Origin: Azolla caroliniana
Taxonomy: Eukaryota; Plantae; Polypodiophyta
Assembly: GCA_043228905.1 (NCBI GenBank)
Contig: JBHGNT010000552.1
Span: 1 to 20,941, forward strand
Reading direction: 5' to 3'
DNA: 20,941 nt
The notes under the pieces: generated by a model
What the model was told of the DNA's origin: nothing
Seen by the model: only the letters and a program-made list of their open reading frames with translations
Databases searched by the model: none
Position numbers and translations under genes: made by a program
In this document: piece after piece, positions 1-11,253 of the stretch
Numbering within the stretch: position 1 is the stretch's first letter
How the letters are laid out: every line of letters starts with the position of its first letter

Positions 1-239
1 ACACAATGTTACATAATTGAACCCGTCATATACAGAAATATTATGTGCATTGGTTATGATTGATGCATTTTGATGAAGAAGTTATTCACATATATACCAA
101 GATCCTATTCATTTTGGTACCTATCTTTAAAGTAAAGAGAACACGAATGGAAAATTTTCAAGAGTTACCACAGAAAATAGGTTGATTGTAAGTCATGCTA
201 ACCTTTATGTTATAAAAAGATATGCAAGTAGTTGTGAAT

Positions 240-800
240 GCCTTTAATCCTTTAAATTGGATTTTACGATAATTATTTATTCTAACTTGTTATCTACGCA
301 GCAGAAAATTACCAATTATCCCATAAAGAGCATAACTCTCTATGTTTAGCAAGTATTGTTCTCTTTCAATAAGTGACAATAATTTACTAGTATAGTAAAG
401 TTGCTTATGCCATAATACTACTAAAAGATATAGTGTTGATGTGTATTTGAAACTGAGCTTCAACAAGGCATATGCATGGTTCTAAAACACATGAGCAATG
501 ACATGGTTGCAAAACGTGTAGACATCTAAAATATTTGAGGAAAAAGTTGACAATAGGGTTAACAAAGCAATGCAAGTCAGCATTAGTGAATACATAAACA
601 TGAGGGGTTCATGTCATATGTATTCATGTGTGCCATTGACAAGTATCTTTGGTGATGGTGGGGCTAACCTAGTAAAAGACCACAATCGAAGTGCATATGC
701 TTATTTAGGCTGTGTATCTTAAGATGCGGATCTTCAAAAGAGCATGGCAAAGGTTATAATTGCTTTCTCTTGGCACACATTCTAATTTCTCATAATAAAT
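240..800 (+). mobile_element. Highly degenerate L1-clade LINE reverse transcriptase relic
   Basis: 366-473 translates in one frame as SISDNNLLV**S...VYLKLSFNKAY, matching the plant L1 RT pattern RxIxDNxLLxQE...FLKLDFxKAYD. Weaker traces of LNxDYKII (~252-275) and LAPFLFLI (~770-795) occur in the expected order. Boundaries are approximate. Confidence 0.45.
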
Positions 801-1005
801 GTGGTTATCCAACTATTGTAGGGCATCCTATATAAATTGGAGTGAATGGGATTGGGGTATGGGACAAATAGATAATGGGTCATATATAAAGTAGAATGCC
901 TTCTTATCTAAGCCATAAGCCGGGGTATGCATGTTCATTTATGCTAGATTTTTTATTCACTATACTAATCAAACATGGTCACATGTGGATGTGCAAATCT
1001 CGTTC

Positions 1006-1106
1006 TCCCCATGCCCATTCATGTGAATGATATGAGAACACACACACATATATAGGATCCCCATACCCATTCATGTGAAAGATATGACAACACACACATA
1101 TAGGAT
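1006..1106. repeat. Imperfect tandem duplication, ~50 bp unit x2
   Basis: TCCCCATGCCCATTCATGTGAATGATATGAGAACACACACACATATATAGGA is followed by TCCCCATACCCATTCATGTGAAAGATATGACAACACACACATATAGGAT. Confidence 0.85.
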
Positions 1107-1752
1107 GCAATGAGAACATTGTGTTGGTAAAAAGACAAATGGGGCTTCCAACTCGTTACAATAAAATTCTTGTTTAGTTAGGGAGGGATGGATGGACGGA
1201 AGGGGGAGAGGGGACAATGACTTATTGCCCTACCCCTAAAGGTAAATGTCCTAAAGAGGATTATTGTCCAACTAGTCATTTGTATGTTGAGACGCGACAA
1301 ATATTCTTCGATTGTACAATTGGATCTTTTGTATTAGCACACATGCATATAGAGATGGAAACGAGCGACTTTTTATGGGGTGGACGAGGGCCCTTGACAT
1401 ACGACACATATCAACCATATACGCTTTAGTATCAACCATATGCACTTTATTATGGGTATGTACGCGGAGATGGAAAACATTTCACTCTCGAGAAAAGGGT
1501 GCACCAAGGTTGAGAGGATGGCATATGTTTGACATATGGCACCGAAATCTGTACTTCTCTCTAATCTAAGTTGTCTTGGCTTTTCATGGGCACGAGAGGT
1601 GGAAAGAGGGTGGTGCATGCATGATAAGAAAGTGCCAATGTCATTCAATCAAGAGAAACCAATAATGGGAATGAACGTGGTTCGAGAATCGACATCCCCG
1701 GGTGTGCAAAAGACCATGTGTGTGTTCTTCGTATAGGACCTAGGTATACATA

Positions 1753-2010
1753 TATGCACATGGAGATGGGAAGCACGAAGGGCCCGGCGAAGAAGTACAT
1801 ATGTACATATATACTCGGCACATGACTACACCATACCTATGGCTTATATGTATGTATTTGAGAATGACACCTTGGGTATACAACATGTGTAGGTTATTTT
1901 GTAAAAGTATTATGCACATGGAGATTGGAAGCATGAATGGACTAGATGAAGAAGTAAGTACACTTCACATGTGACTACACCACACACACACACATATATA
2001 TATATGTATT
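1753..2010. repeat. Degenerate direct repeat, period 158 bp
   Basis: TATGCACATGGAGATGGGAAGCACGAA...GAAGAAGTA...TGACTACACCA starts at 1753 and TATGCACATGGAGATTGGAAGCATGAA...GAAGAAGTA...TGACTACACCA starts at 1911. Confidence 0.75.
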
Positions 2011-2366
2011 TATACATACATACATCCACACATATATATGTATTTATACATACATACATACATACATACATATATGTATTATGTACATATATATGTGTGG
2101 ATGTATGTATGTATGTATGTATGTATGTATCTATATCTATATATATGTATGTATGTATGTATGTGTGTATGTATGTATGTATGTGTGTATGTATGTGTGT
2201 ATGTATGTATGTATGTATGTATGTATGTATGTGTGTATGTATGTATGTATGTGTGTATGTATGTATGTGTGTATGTATGTATAAATACATATATATGTGT
2301 GGATGTATGTATGTATGTATGTATGTATCTATATCTATATATATGTATGTATGTATGTGTGTATGT
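1981..2366. repeat. Compound (CA)n/(TA)n/(CATA)n/(TATG)n microsatellite with internal inverted and direct repeats
   Basis: Read directly. CATA units dominate left of ~2075 and TATG units to the right. 2012-2057 is the exact reverse complement of 2271-2316. Confidence 0.95.
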
Positions 2367-2545
2367 AGTGTATGTTTCAGTCTCTCTCTGACACTCTGTT
2401 TTGGACCTCCCCCATCTTCTCTCTGAATCTTTCTTCTTTCAAATCTTCCATCCCTCATCATCATCATCATCATCCTTTCATCTTCATCTTCATCTTCATC
2501 TTCAATCCTTCATCTCCAATCTTTCATCATTATTCTTCACCAATT

Positions 2546-2575
2546 CCTAAACCCTAAACCCTAAACCCTAAACCC
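2546..2575. repeat. Interstitial plant telomere repeat (CCCTAAA)n, ~4 units (telo-box array)
   Basis: CCTAAA CCCTAAA CCCTAAA CCCTAAA CCC is the complement strand of Arabidopsis-type TTTAGGG. Confidence 0.9.
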
Positions 2576-2576
2576 C

Positions 2577-2609
<33 letters not shown>

Positions 2610-2672
2610 TCTCCACCATCACCATCGCCATCATCTTCATCTCCAATCTTTCATCATCATCCTTCACCAATT

Positions 2673-2692
2673 CCTAAACCCTAAACCCTAAG
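2673..2692. repeat. Second interstitial telomere repeat, ~3 units
   Basis: CCTAAA CCCTAAA CCCTAAG. Confidence 0.85.
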
Positions 2693-3090
2693 CCATTCTC
2701 ATCCTTCACCATCGCCATCACCATCGTCACCACCATCATCATAGTCATACACCACCACCATCCTCCTTCCTGGTCACAGGTTTCTCTCTGTCTCTTAAAT
2801 CTGTCGCCCACGAAGGAAGAAAGATTACAGATTCTCATTAAAAGAAAGTAAAGGCAGTGTAGACATCTCTCCATTAAAGCTGAAGCCTATAGAGGAAGAA
2901 ACATCGCACAAGCAAGGACCAAGAGGAGATTCAAAACGGAAGAATTCGGCAACAGATATAAAGAAAGCCAAGAACGGAAGGCGTCAGAATAGAAAGGCAG
3001 AGCAAATGTGAAAAGAAAAGGAAAAATAGCGAAGAAAGGAAGGAAAAAAGCATCAGAAAATAGAAAGGAAGAAAGATCACTATATGTACA

Positions 3091-3114
3091 TATATATATA
3101 TATATATATATATA
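3091..3114. repeat. (TA)12 microsatellite upstream of the kinase ATG
   Basis: Read directly; it lies at the end of a purine-rich (GA-rich) stretch at ~2890-3075. Confidence 0.95.
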
Positions 3115-3245
3115 CAGGAAGGAAGGGGGCGTGAGTAGTTTGCAGCAGTATTAGAACACAAAGATTCAGGAAAAAAGCATCCAAAGACTGTATAACCATT
3201 CAGACTCTGTCTGATCAGACATCTTCTTCTCCAACTCCTAGCACT

Positions 3246-6200
3246 ATGCCACCCAATCCTCTGACCTCTTCATTTTCCTTGATAGCTCGTACCGACATAG
3301 CTACTCAGACGAAACAGAAAAATGGTCTTCAAGTAGGGAAGAAAGATGAAGTGTGCAATGAAATCATTAAGCGTCTCAGTGACATCAAGCATGAAGCATT
3401 TCTGTCTTCCCTAGACTTTGCTGATTCGATTCGTGCTCACTTCAATCGCCTTCCTTACAGGTATGTTTAAACTGATTTCATATGGTGATGATTATATTAA
3501 TTAATTTTCCGATCACGCAGGCCTTTTTGGTGTCTGCTGATTACAAACTTACAGAGGCTAATCACAGCTAGTCATCAATGATGATCTTGCAAAAGCGAAT
3601 ACATAAAAATACATGTTATGCTGGAGATAGCTACGGTTTTGAGACATGCCCCTAATTGGAAATTCAGTATTGCTGAGATTCATGAAAGGAAATTTAGCTT
3701 CATGGATTGACTTAGATTTGCATGATGTGTAATTGAGACAAAGACATCTTCAATCTCCTAAAGGAAATTGAAAAGAGGGGGCTGGACAATCTTTTCTTTA
3801 TATGCATATTGATTATGAGAAACAAAGTAATTCGGACCTTTTGATCTGGGGATCGTATTAAATGCCAGTTTTAATGAGTAAATAATGGTTTAAAAAGTAG
3901 ATATTTTGATGCTGTTTTGCTCTCAATTGCTTTCTTTCATGCTCATGCGCGGTACCTTGTGGTCGGTTATAATCATTGACGTTATTGCCGTTCAATTTTA
4001 TAGACAATGTGTTTTTGTCATATATTTTCCTTCAGATATTACACTAAAACTATCTAGTATGTGTTGCTTGATAATTATTTCGTTTGTTCAAGAAGTGAAT
4101 TCGACTTGCTGGCCTGTTCCTTCAGGTATGCTTTAGAGGTTAACGTTGAAAGGGCAGAGGAAGTCCTCACACACCAACGATTGCTTGCATTGGCTGAAGA
4201 TCCAGAACATCGTCCAGCTTTTAGCGTTAGATCTGTTCATGTGAGTCTTTATTTCCCCATTTAAATTGGGGCTGATAACTGTATTTTGTCTGCATGATTT
4301 CAAACTAAATTTATGAAGTGTTTATGAGTTCAACATTAAACAGCCACTAAGAACCCGTGATCCCAAATTTTTTTTTGTCACATTTGAAACTTATACACCA
4401 AGCCCTAATAACTGGTCACAGATAGTTTTTAACATTGTGATGTATTTTTTATAAGTGAATATGTCATGCCATTTTCTTAACATCTATGTACATTGATACA
4501 AAGATAGGTTCTGATTACTGGATCAGACAATTTAGGGGATTGTTCCCAAAAGAATGATGGTGCTGCTCAGCTTTTTCCAAGGCCAAAAAGGTGCTAAATT
4601 TGTCTCGATCTGCTGTCTGAATATATGGAGCTCTGTTTTCAGACACATTCCTCTTACTTGCAAGTTGTTTTGAACAGCTTTCATCCACCACCTGCTTTTG
4701 GTTTCCCAACTAATTTAGACACATTCATTTTCGAGCTAAGCAAGTTATCTCCAAACAATGATGATAAAGAAAACAATGATATTGGCCATCCTCCTGCAGA
4801 GTATGGAAACCTTGGATGCAAATCTTAAGCTAATTATAAAACTGGGTTTCACATTAATATTTAGAGTTACAAATATTCCTGTTTTCTGACAATAGATCTA
4901 CACATGTGCCCATTCATGAAGTGACATTCTCAACCGTCGACAAACCAAAACTGCTTAGTAAGGTGTGCTGAAATCATTCGTGAAGTGACACCCTGTCCTC
5001 TTTTTGTTTTTCAAATGTCACGAGACTTAAAGTCCTATGGTGGTGGACTTCTGTGCAGTTATCTTCTCTGCTTGCAGATGTGGGATTGAATATCAGGGAA
5101 GCTCATGTGTTTTCAACCATTGATGGTTACTCTTTGGATGTGTTTGTCGTTGATGGTTGGCCCACAGAAGTAGGTTTTCATTTGGAGTGGTTTTCCTGGT
5201 TTCTTTCTACATCTTTAAAAACTTGAGAGGGCACGATGCATGCTGAATAAGATTGATTTATTAAATCTGTTTCGTTCTCGATTCCATTAATCTTCTCTAG
5301 TTACTCATCATAATTTCTTCTAATTTCCATTTCAATAGAGCACGGAAGAGTTGCAGCAAGCTTTGGAGAGTGCAATAGCAAGTGTAGAGGTGACTGCTTA
5401 TCTTAAACTCTAGTGTCTATAAATTTTCATGATCATGTAGCATTTTCGTTAGTGATATTTGAGCCATCATATAGTCAATTTTCTCCTTTTTGGGAAGGGA
5501 AAAAACTTGGAAGAAACTCCTGAGTTTGACTCAGCTCCTTTAATGCCCTGGTTGACCAAGTGCATTTCTGGAATGATGAAAACTTCCAAGCATTTGTTGA
5601 AATAAAGAAAAACACGGGTATTTCGAAGTTTTTCCTAATATTAGTTAGTGCTATATGGAATATTCTTCTACAAGATGTGCATTTACATGATCTCTGCTAT
5701 CCAGAAACCATACTAGAAAATCCAATAGTGGTACGAAATTGAAAATCTGAAACATGATTCCATTAGTCCGCGATAGGCTGATTCAATCTTGGTAAATAAT
5801 GATTGTGCAGAATCAGTTGAATAATCTATACATAAGGATATATCTAGAATGTGATCAGCTGAAATTTAGAATTTAGGACACACTCTCTCAATTCAAACTT
5901 TTTTCTAATTTGAACTGTTGTAGGAAACATATTGGGAAAGAGTCTCACCAACTGCATCACCTGCTGAGTATATCACAAAGCCAGACACTCCACATGTTGA
6001 AAATTTGAAAATATTGTGTGATGGAGCCGATGATTGGGAAATAAACTATAATCTGCTGAAATTAAATTGCAAAGTAGCATCTGGATCCTTTGGTGATTTG
6101 TAAGTGCAAAATAAAAGATTTTGTAATTTGACTCGGAACACCCAATTTGTTCTTTTTAAAAGTATAAAGGCACATATTTGTGATGTGCAGGTATAAAGGT

Positions 6201-8367
6201 ACGTATTGTGGCCAAGAGGTTGCTATTAAAGTTTTGAGACCAGAGCGAACAAGCATTGACATGCATAAGGAGTTTGCTCAAGAAGTGCGTATTTTGAAGT
6301 ACGTATCAAATGAATCTGTTTATTCCCATGTCCTGCATATGAAGTACACTGCGTATGGTCATTCATCTAGATTAAACAAAAATTAATTTGGGTAAAAGAA
6401 GGGTATGAAGCTTCAGAGGGCCGTTCCAACAATCAGACAATTTTTTGGGTGATACATAATTGAATGCAAGTTGGTGAATATTGTCCTCACACAATGTTAG
6501 TAGCGGAGATTTCCTGCATATCCATTGCACTGACAATTATTCTTACTACTTTCTATCCTTTATGAGCAAAACATCTTAAGGGATATTTAAATTGGGCTAT
6601 TCAACAGTAGCCTAGTGTGTGGAAATCATGGTGTCTGTTAGGCAATTAGAGGTAATGGAGTGAAACTATCTAATATAGTGAGTCATTTACGGCAAGTTCA
6701 ACAGAAGTGAAGAAAACCCTACCATAGCGAGCTTGGAGAACTGGAATTAATGTGGGTTTCTTGGTTATGTTGAAGGATAGAGAAAGTAAAGTCTGTTATT
6801 TTTCTTGACGTGGGATGGCGATGCTTACCATGCAGAATTCTACTGCAGGAAAGTGCGCCATAAAAATGTCGTTCAATTCATTGGGGCATGCACCAAGCCT
6901 CTACATCGTTGCATTGTAACAGGTGATTGAGAAATTTTACTTCAGTCTGGTTATTTATATATATGCATCTTCTGTGTGCCTATGATAGATTTCATGATTA
7001 TATTTCATTTTGTTTTCTAGAATTTATGTCTGGTGGAAGCGTTTATGACTATCTTCACAATCAGAGAGGTGTTTTTAAGTTACCAGTGTTGATTCGGGTG
7101 GCAGTCGATATATCTAAAGGAATGGACTATCTACATCAGCATAATATAATTCATAGGGACCTTAAAGCGGCAAATCTTCTGATGGATGAACATGAGGTAA
7201 GTTTTCCTTGTCACGAGTTACATGGCATTAGAAAACGAAACATACTATTCTGAGCTGTGAGATTTAAATAATTGCAGGTGGTTAAGGTTGCAGACTTTGG
7301 AGTTGCACGTGTTCAATCACAAACTGGAATAATGACAGCAGAAACAGGAACCTACAGGTGGATGGCACCTGAGGTATGTTTTAAAGCTAAAAAATATGAC
7401 TAATTATTCGAAACAAAAAGCAAATGTATTCGTTTTTGTTCTGTGTCATTGTATTGAGCAAGACTTGTGTAACAGGTAATTGAACACAAGCCATATGATC
7501 GAAAGGCGGATGTTTTCAGCTTTGGTATTGTGTTATGGGAACTTTTGACTGGAAAGGTAGTCACATAACAGATAGTGTATTGTTCAGGCAGTGTCATGAA
7601 TACAAAGTGAGATTATGCTTTTCTGATCTATATGTCTGAGGTCTGAATTTCTGGGTGATTTCAGCTGCCCTATGAATATTTAACTCCATTACAAGCAGCA
7701 GTGGGGGTAGTGCAACGGGTGTGTTGTTTTTAGTCTCATTATGTGAATTGAAACTGAAATAAATGATCATTTAATGAGTTCTATGGTCTGTGATTCAATG
7801 TTGCTAACCCTACTTCACTGCAAACAGGGGTTGCGGCCAACAATTCCCAAGAGCACCAATCCTAAACTTTCTGAATTACTGGAAAAATGTTGGAAGCAAG
7901 ATCCAAAGGAACGGCCCGAGTTTTCTGAGATCACTGTTCTCTTGCAGAATATTTTGAGAGAGGTAGGTAGTTCTCTTATTGTGCGATCCTCACAATGTAC
8001 TGCCGGTGTCCAATATTGAATACAGAAACACCATCTCTTCTCCTGTGAAAATGAAAACTGTCTGGTCATTCACAGCTACTGAGTTTAATGGGAATTTGGC
8101 CTATTTAAGAAAAGCAAACAAAAGTTGCGGTTCACAGCCATCTTGCATATATCAAATTAGAACAAAAAAAGCTTGGGTTTTATAGGCTTTTTTTGGCCAC
8201 TACTCGAGAATAAGAAAACAAAATTCGGCTCTAATGTAACACGGAAAACATATTTTTGATCGCAACAAAAATTTCAAATTCAAATGCTCTTGTTGATTTC
8301 GCAGGTTGGTGATGATGATAGGAAGGATAGAAAGGGGAGCTTCTTCTCGGCTATACGGAGGACATAG
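3246..8367 (+). CDS. STY46: ACT-domain Raf-like (group C) Ser/Thr/Tyr protein kinase, STY8/STY17/STY46 family; 16 exons, 575 aa
   Basis: GT-AG exons join in frame: 3246-3460, 4126-4240, 4508-4590, 4678-4800, 4896-4962, 5059-5169, 5339-5389, 5924-6099, 6191-6298, 6849-6922, 7021-7196, 7278-7373, 7476-7556, 7665-7718, 7828-7962, 8305-8367 (1728 nt including TAG). Motifs include [22 protein letters not shown] and the ACT domain [15 protein letters not shown]...[26 protein letters not shown]. Kinase motifs are [20 protein letters not shown] and [13 protein letters not shown]. The symbol is family-level; orthology among STY8/17/46 cannot be resolved here. Confidence 0.95.
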
Positions 8368-8408
8368 AAATGGGAATACTTTGTCTTGACCTATTCATCA
8401 AAAAGTGG

Positions 8409-8482
8409 GGAGAATTGCATCATCTGAACAAGAGGGAGAATTTTGCATAAAGCTGAACAAGGAGAATTGCGTTAGCTGAACC
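8409..8482 (+). repeat. Three imperfect ~26-bp tandem units in the likely kinase 3' UTR
   Basis: GGAGAATTGCATCATCTGAACAA / GGAGAATTTTGCATAAAGCTGAACAA / GGAGAATTGCGTTAGCTGAACC. Confidence 0.8.
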
Positions 8483-9172
8483 AGAAAACGCAACGAAATT
8501 GAGTTTTTCTTGTTATATGTAGATATATCCAGATTCACCGAAAATTCTTTCCCCTTAACCTGTGGCACCCATTTTTGTTCCTAATGTTGTTTCGAGTGAC
8601 AAATATTTTACTCGAAGTAACATCTTGTAACATTCTTGACCTCACGGCATTCCCCCCAATGGGGCTGATTAATATAAAAAAAAAATGTATTATGTTTTGA
8701 AGTGTGCTTTAGCTAAAGGCTAAATTTACCTCCTTATTTTCATTTTGAATATTTTGCGTAGTTATATATCACAATCTGGATGTTTGGAACAATTCCTTGA
8801 AAGCTTTTTCTCAATGATGTGCAGCTGAGTTTGCTTGCTTCTACATGGAAATATTCATGGTTCATGGCATAAAAATGTCCAAAATATAATTTTTGTCTTC
8901 TTTTGCTGCATGATCTTGCTTCTTTGTTTTATTATTGCCACGGTAATGGTAGAGCTATTATGCTATCAAGACAAAGCTGTCCATGTTTCAATTGCTTTTG
9001 CAAGTTTTTGTCATGTCATATATGATCCCTAGTATCATATTTATTTATTTGAAATCGTCTTTATTCTATAGCATGATACCAATATATATTCTTTTTTTTT
9101 TTTACTTAATGTTTGTGATTTTGAAAGAGTACCTACATGTTTCCATGATAGTTTTTTTCTAAATCACTTGGT

Positions 9173-10850
9173 ATGTCGTGGTACCAATCCGTCTATTCCT
9201 CCTTAATCACCCAAATAGACATGTTTTTTGGACAAACATTATGCAATGGTTTAAAGTGTCTAATAATTGAACTAGCTCATTGGTGTCACAAAACTGCATT
9301 ATATGTGAATGGGCTGATCATATTAAAAATCGGTTTCTTGTTACTGAGTTTTTATGGGAGAGAAATTGTGCACTTTAACGGAAAGAATGCAATTAATTTG
9401 ATGCATACATTATAACGCAATTTGTGTCAAGAGTCTTCATACAGTCTGAACTTTAATATTTGATAGTATACAATAAGATGTGGTGTTGTAGGTTTATGTT
9501 GAGCATAAAATGTCTTATGTTGCCAACTCCAAATGTAATATACTTTTCCCTCAAACAACACACTAATCATGAAAAGATTTCAACTCCTTCAAAGGATTGT
9601 ATAATCTGCATCTAATCATTTTTCTAATGTACATTCAAAGCGTGTGAAAGCATTATTATTATCCTCGCCAAATGATATCCAAGCTTTCAAGAGATCATAG
9701 AGTATTTGTGAAAAATATTACGATTACATTTAAGAGGAAAATCATGAAAATTTTCAAATATGGCATATTTGAAGAAGTACTAAATCTTTTATTTAGGTTC
9801 TAACATCCTTTTGTTGGAGATATATTGATTATGAATCGCAATTGCTTGCATGTCTCCAACATCATCTCATATGAATAGATAGTTAGGTCTGGTTGACCTT
9901 GTATTGGCTTATTATGGTATTGAAACAAGATGATCACACTATTTACCTCAACATTTTGTTTCTTGTTTTATATTTTAAAGGTACCAGAGACAATATATGA
10001 GACGGAACATGGATATAAGCAATTCATGAAAGAGTTTCATGTTGTGAGAAAATCAAGAATGTTATATATATTCATGTTTTAGTTATCCTTGTAATTTTTA
10101 GTGGCCATCAATGAATGTAAATAAATCTATTAAAAATTTGTCACCATTTCTTGTTAATATGTACCCCATATGATTTCTATAATTATTTTCCAACATAATT
10201 ATTATTCTTGCTTTCAATTTTTGGTAACGTAAGAAGACACGTTGTATATTGCATGTTGGTTACTAGATTGAATTAATATATCATTATACAAGTCATTATG
10301 TTCGCATTGCACATAAAAAACCATAAACATTAGTTGGCATACACACCAACACGTTATAAAGATTCAATTTTTAGGTTTTTATGGCTCCCTTCATAAATTG
10401 CAACAAGTATGTGCCATATATTACATTTCCGTCCCAAGTTTGGATTAGTGTTTTTTCAAAGAAATCTTCTCATCGCAGTTAATTTTAAGTGACAAGCCAA
10501 TATGCTCCAAAAAAGGTCTCCAATCAAGCCACCCAAAGAATTTCATACAACTTCTACATCTCTAGTTGTTGCATCAAGATGGATTGAACAATTTGCCCAA
10601 ATGAAATGGATCCTTATATTATTGATGAAATTAATTACGGTATTCATCGAAGAATTTTATACAAGCTTCTCCATCTACAATTATTGCAACAATATGGATC
10701 TTGGAATAGGTCCTTGTAGGTTCTATGGTCAATAAAATTTTGATAAGTAGTTAAAGTTAAATGTAAAACATCAAGTAAGAAATGTATTGATGGTAGTGTA
10801 TTGTGTAATAGAACAATGGCTAACTCTTAGCCTCGAAATTAATGCAAAAA
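9173..10850 (+). mobile_element. Ancient Ty1/Copia RT-RNaseH relic
   Basis: Colinear decayed motifs are present. WCHKT...NG...REIVHFN (~9280-9380) resembles WVYKT..DG..REGIDFNE. DHRVFVK (9693-9713) resembles DHCVFVK. FVGDILI (9810-9830) resembles YVDDILI. VDLVLAYYGIE (9892-9924) resembles DLG...LGIE. GSL (10383) and PYITF (10414) resemble GSL...PDIAF. KWILILL...IYNYCNN (~10600-10695) resembles IWLRRLL...IYCDN. There are many indels and stops. Confidence 0.55.
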
Positions 10851-11165
10851 CTTGTAAGTAAGTTCATCATGGATGAAATCTCGAGTGTTGTGACAAAGAT
10901 GAGAAGCACAAGGCCATGTTGAAGCGTGGATTTCATAGTACAACAATTAAGGTAAATTTAAATGTGTCCAAATCTTATGTCTTGTCCTAGAATTGGTCGA
11001 AAACTAATGAGTCAAAGTTTATGCATCAAGGTGGGTAAAAATTTAATGTAACTAAATAAGCAGTTGGGTGGGTGGGTCAAATATAAGGCTAACTCATTAA
11101 CATACAATGGGTATGAACAATTGACATGGAAAGTGTGAGTGAGTTATTGTAATAACAGAGCTTGT

Positions 11166-11197
11166 CCAATGTTTATTCCTGAAAATGTTGCTATAAA
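11166..11197 (+). promoter_or_regulatory. Candidate core promoter of the PCC13-62-like gene (CCAAT plus TATA box)
   Basis: CCAAT at 11166-11170 and TATAAA at 11192-11197, ~60 bp upstream of the ATG at 11254. Supported by position and motif only. Confidence 0.45.
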
Positions 11198-11253
11198 GGT
11201 GCCTCCATGTATGAGAGAAAAAAATAGGAAGAGGACTAGAGCTTGATTCAACA

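Larger units (their letters stand above)
2455..2762. repeat. (CAT)n/(CATCTT)n/(CAC)n low-complexity tract containing a 127-bp-period duplication
   Basis: CTTCATCTCCAATCTTTCATCATyATyCTTCACCAATTCCTAAACCCTAAACCCTAA occurs at 2508-2564 and 2635-2691. CAT runs occur at ~2455-2473 and ~2577-2609. Confidence 0.9.

Noticed and set aside
1910-2473. Long ORFs (151-187 aa) of His/Thr/Tyr or Met/Tyr/Val/Cys repeats
   Set aside because: These are translation artefacts of the TATG/CATA microsatellite.
2372-2874. Poly-His, poly-Met or poly-Asp ORFs
   Set aside because: They arise from CAT repeats interrupted by telomere repeats, with no domain or splice support.
3131-3218. Possible 5' UTR intron (GTGAGT...CAG) before the kinase ATG
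   Set aside because: Plausible, but it cannot be supported without transcript data.
3485-3676. Box C/D snoRNA-like motifs in kinase intron 1 (GTGATGA 3485...CTGA 3537; ATGATGA 3578...CTGA 3673)
   Set aside because: The terminal stems are weak and no plant rRNA guide complementarity could be established. Such motifs occur by chance in AT-rich introns; snoscan or Rfam would be needed to support them.
8409-8482. CRISPR-like reading of short repeats here and at 1006-1106
   Set aside because: The context is eukaryotic, the units are adjacent without unique spacers, and there are no cas genes.
9074-9081. TGATACCA (reverse-complement tRNA-iMet PBS core)
   Set aside because: It is only an 8-bp match, with no adjacent LTR end or gag trace.
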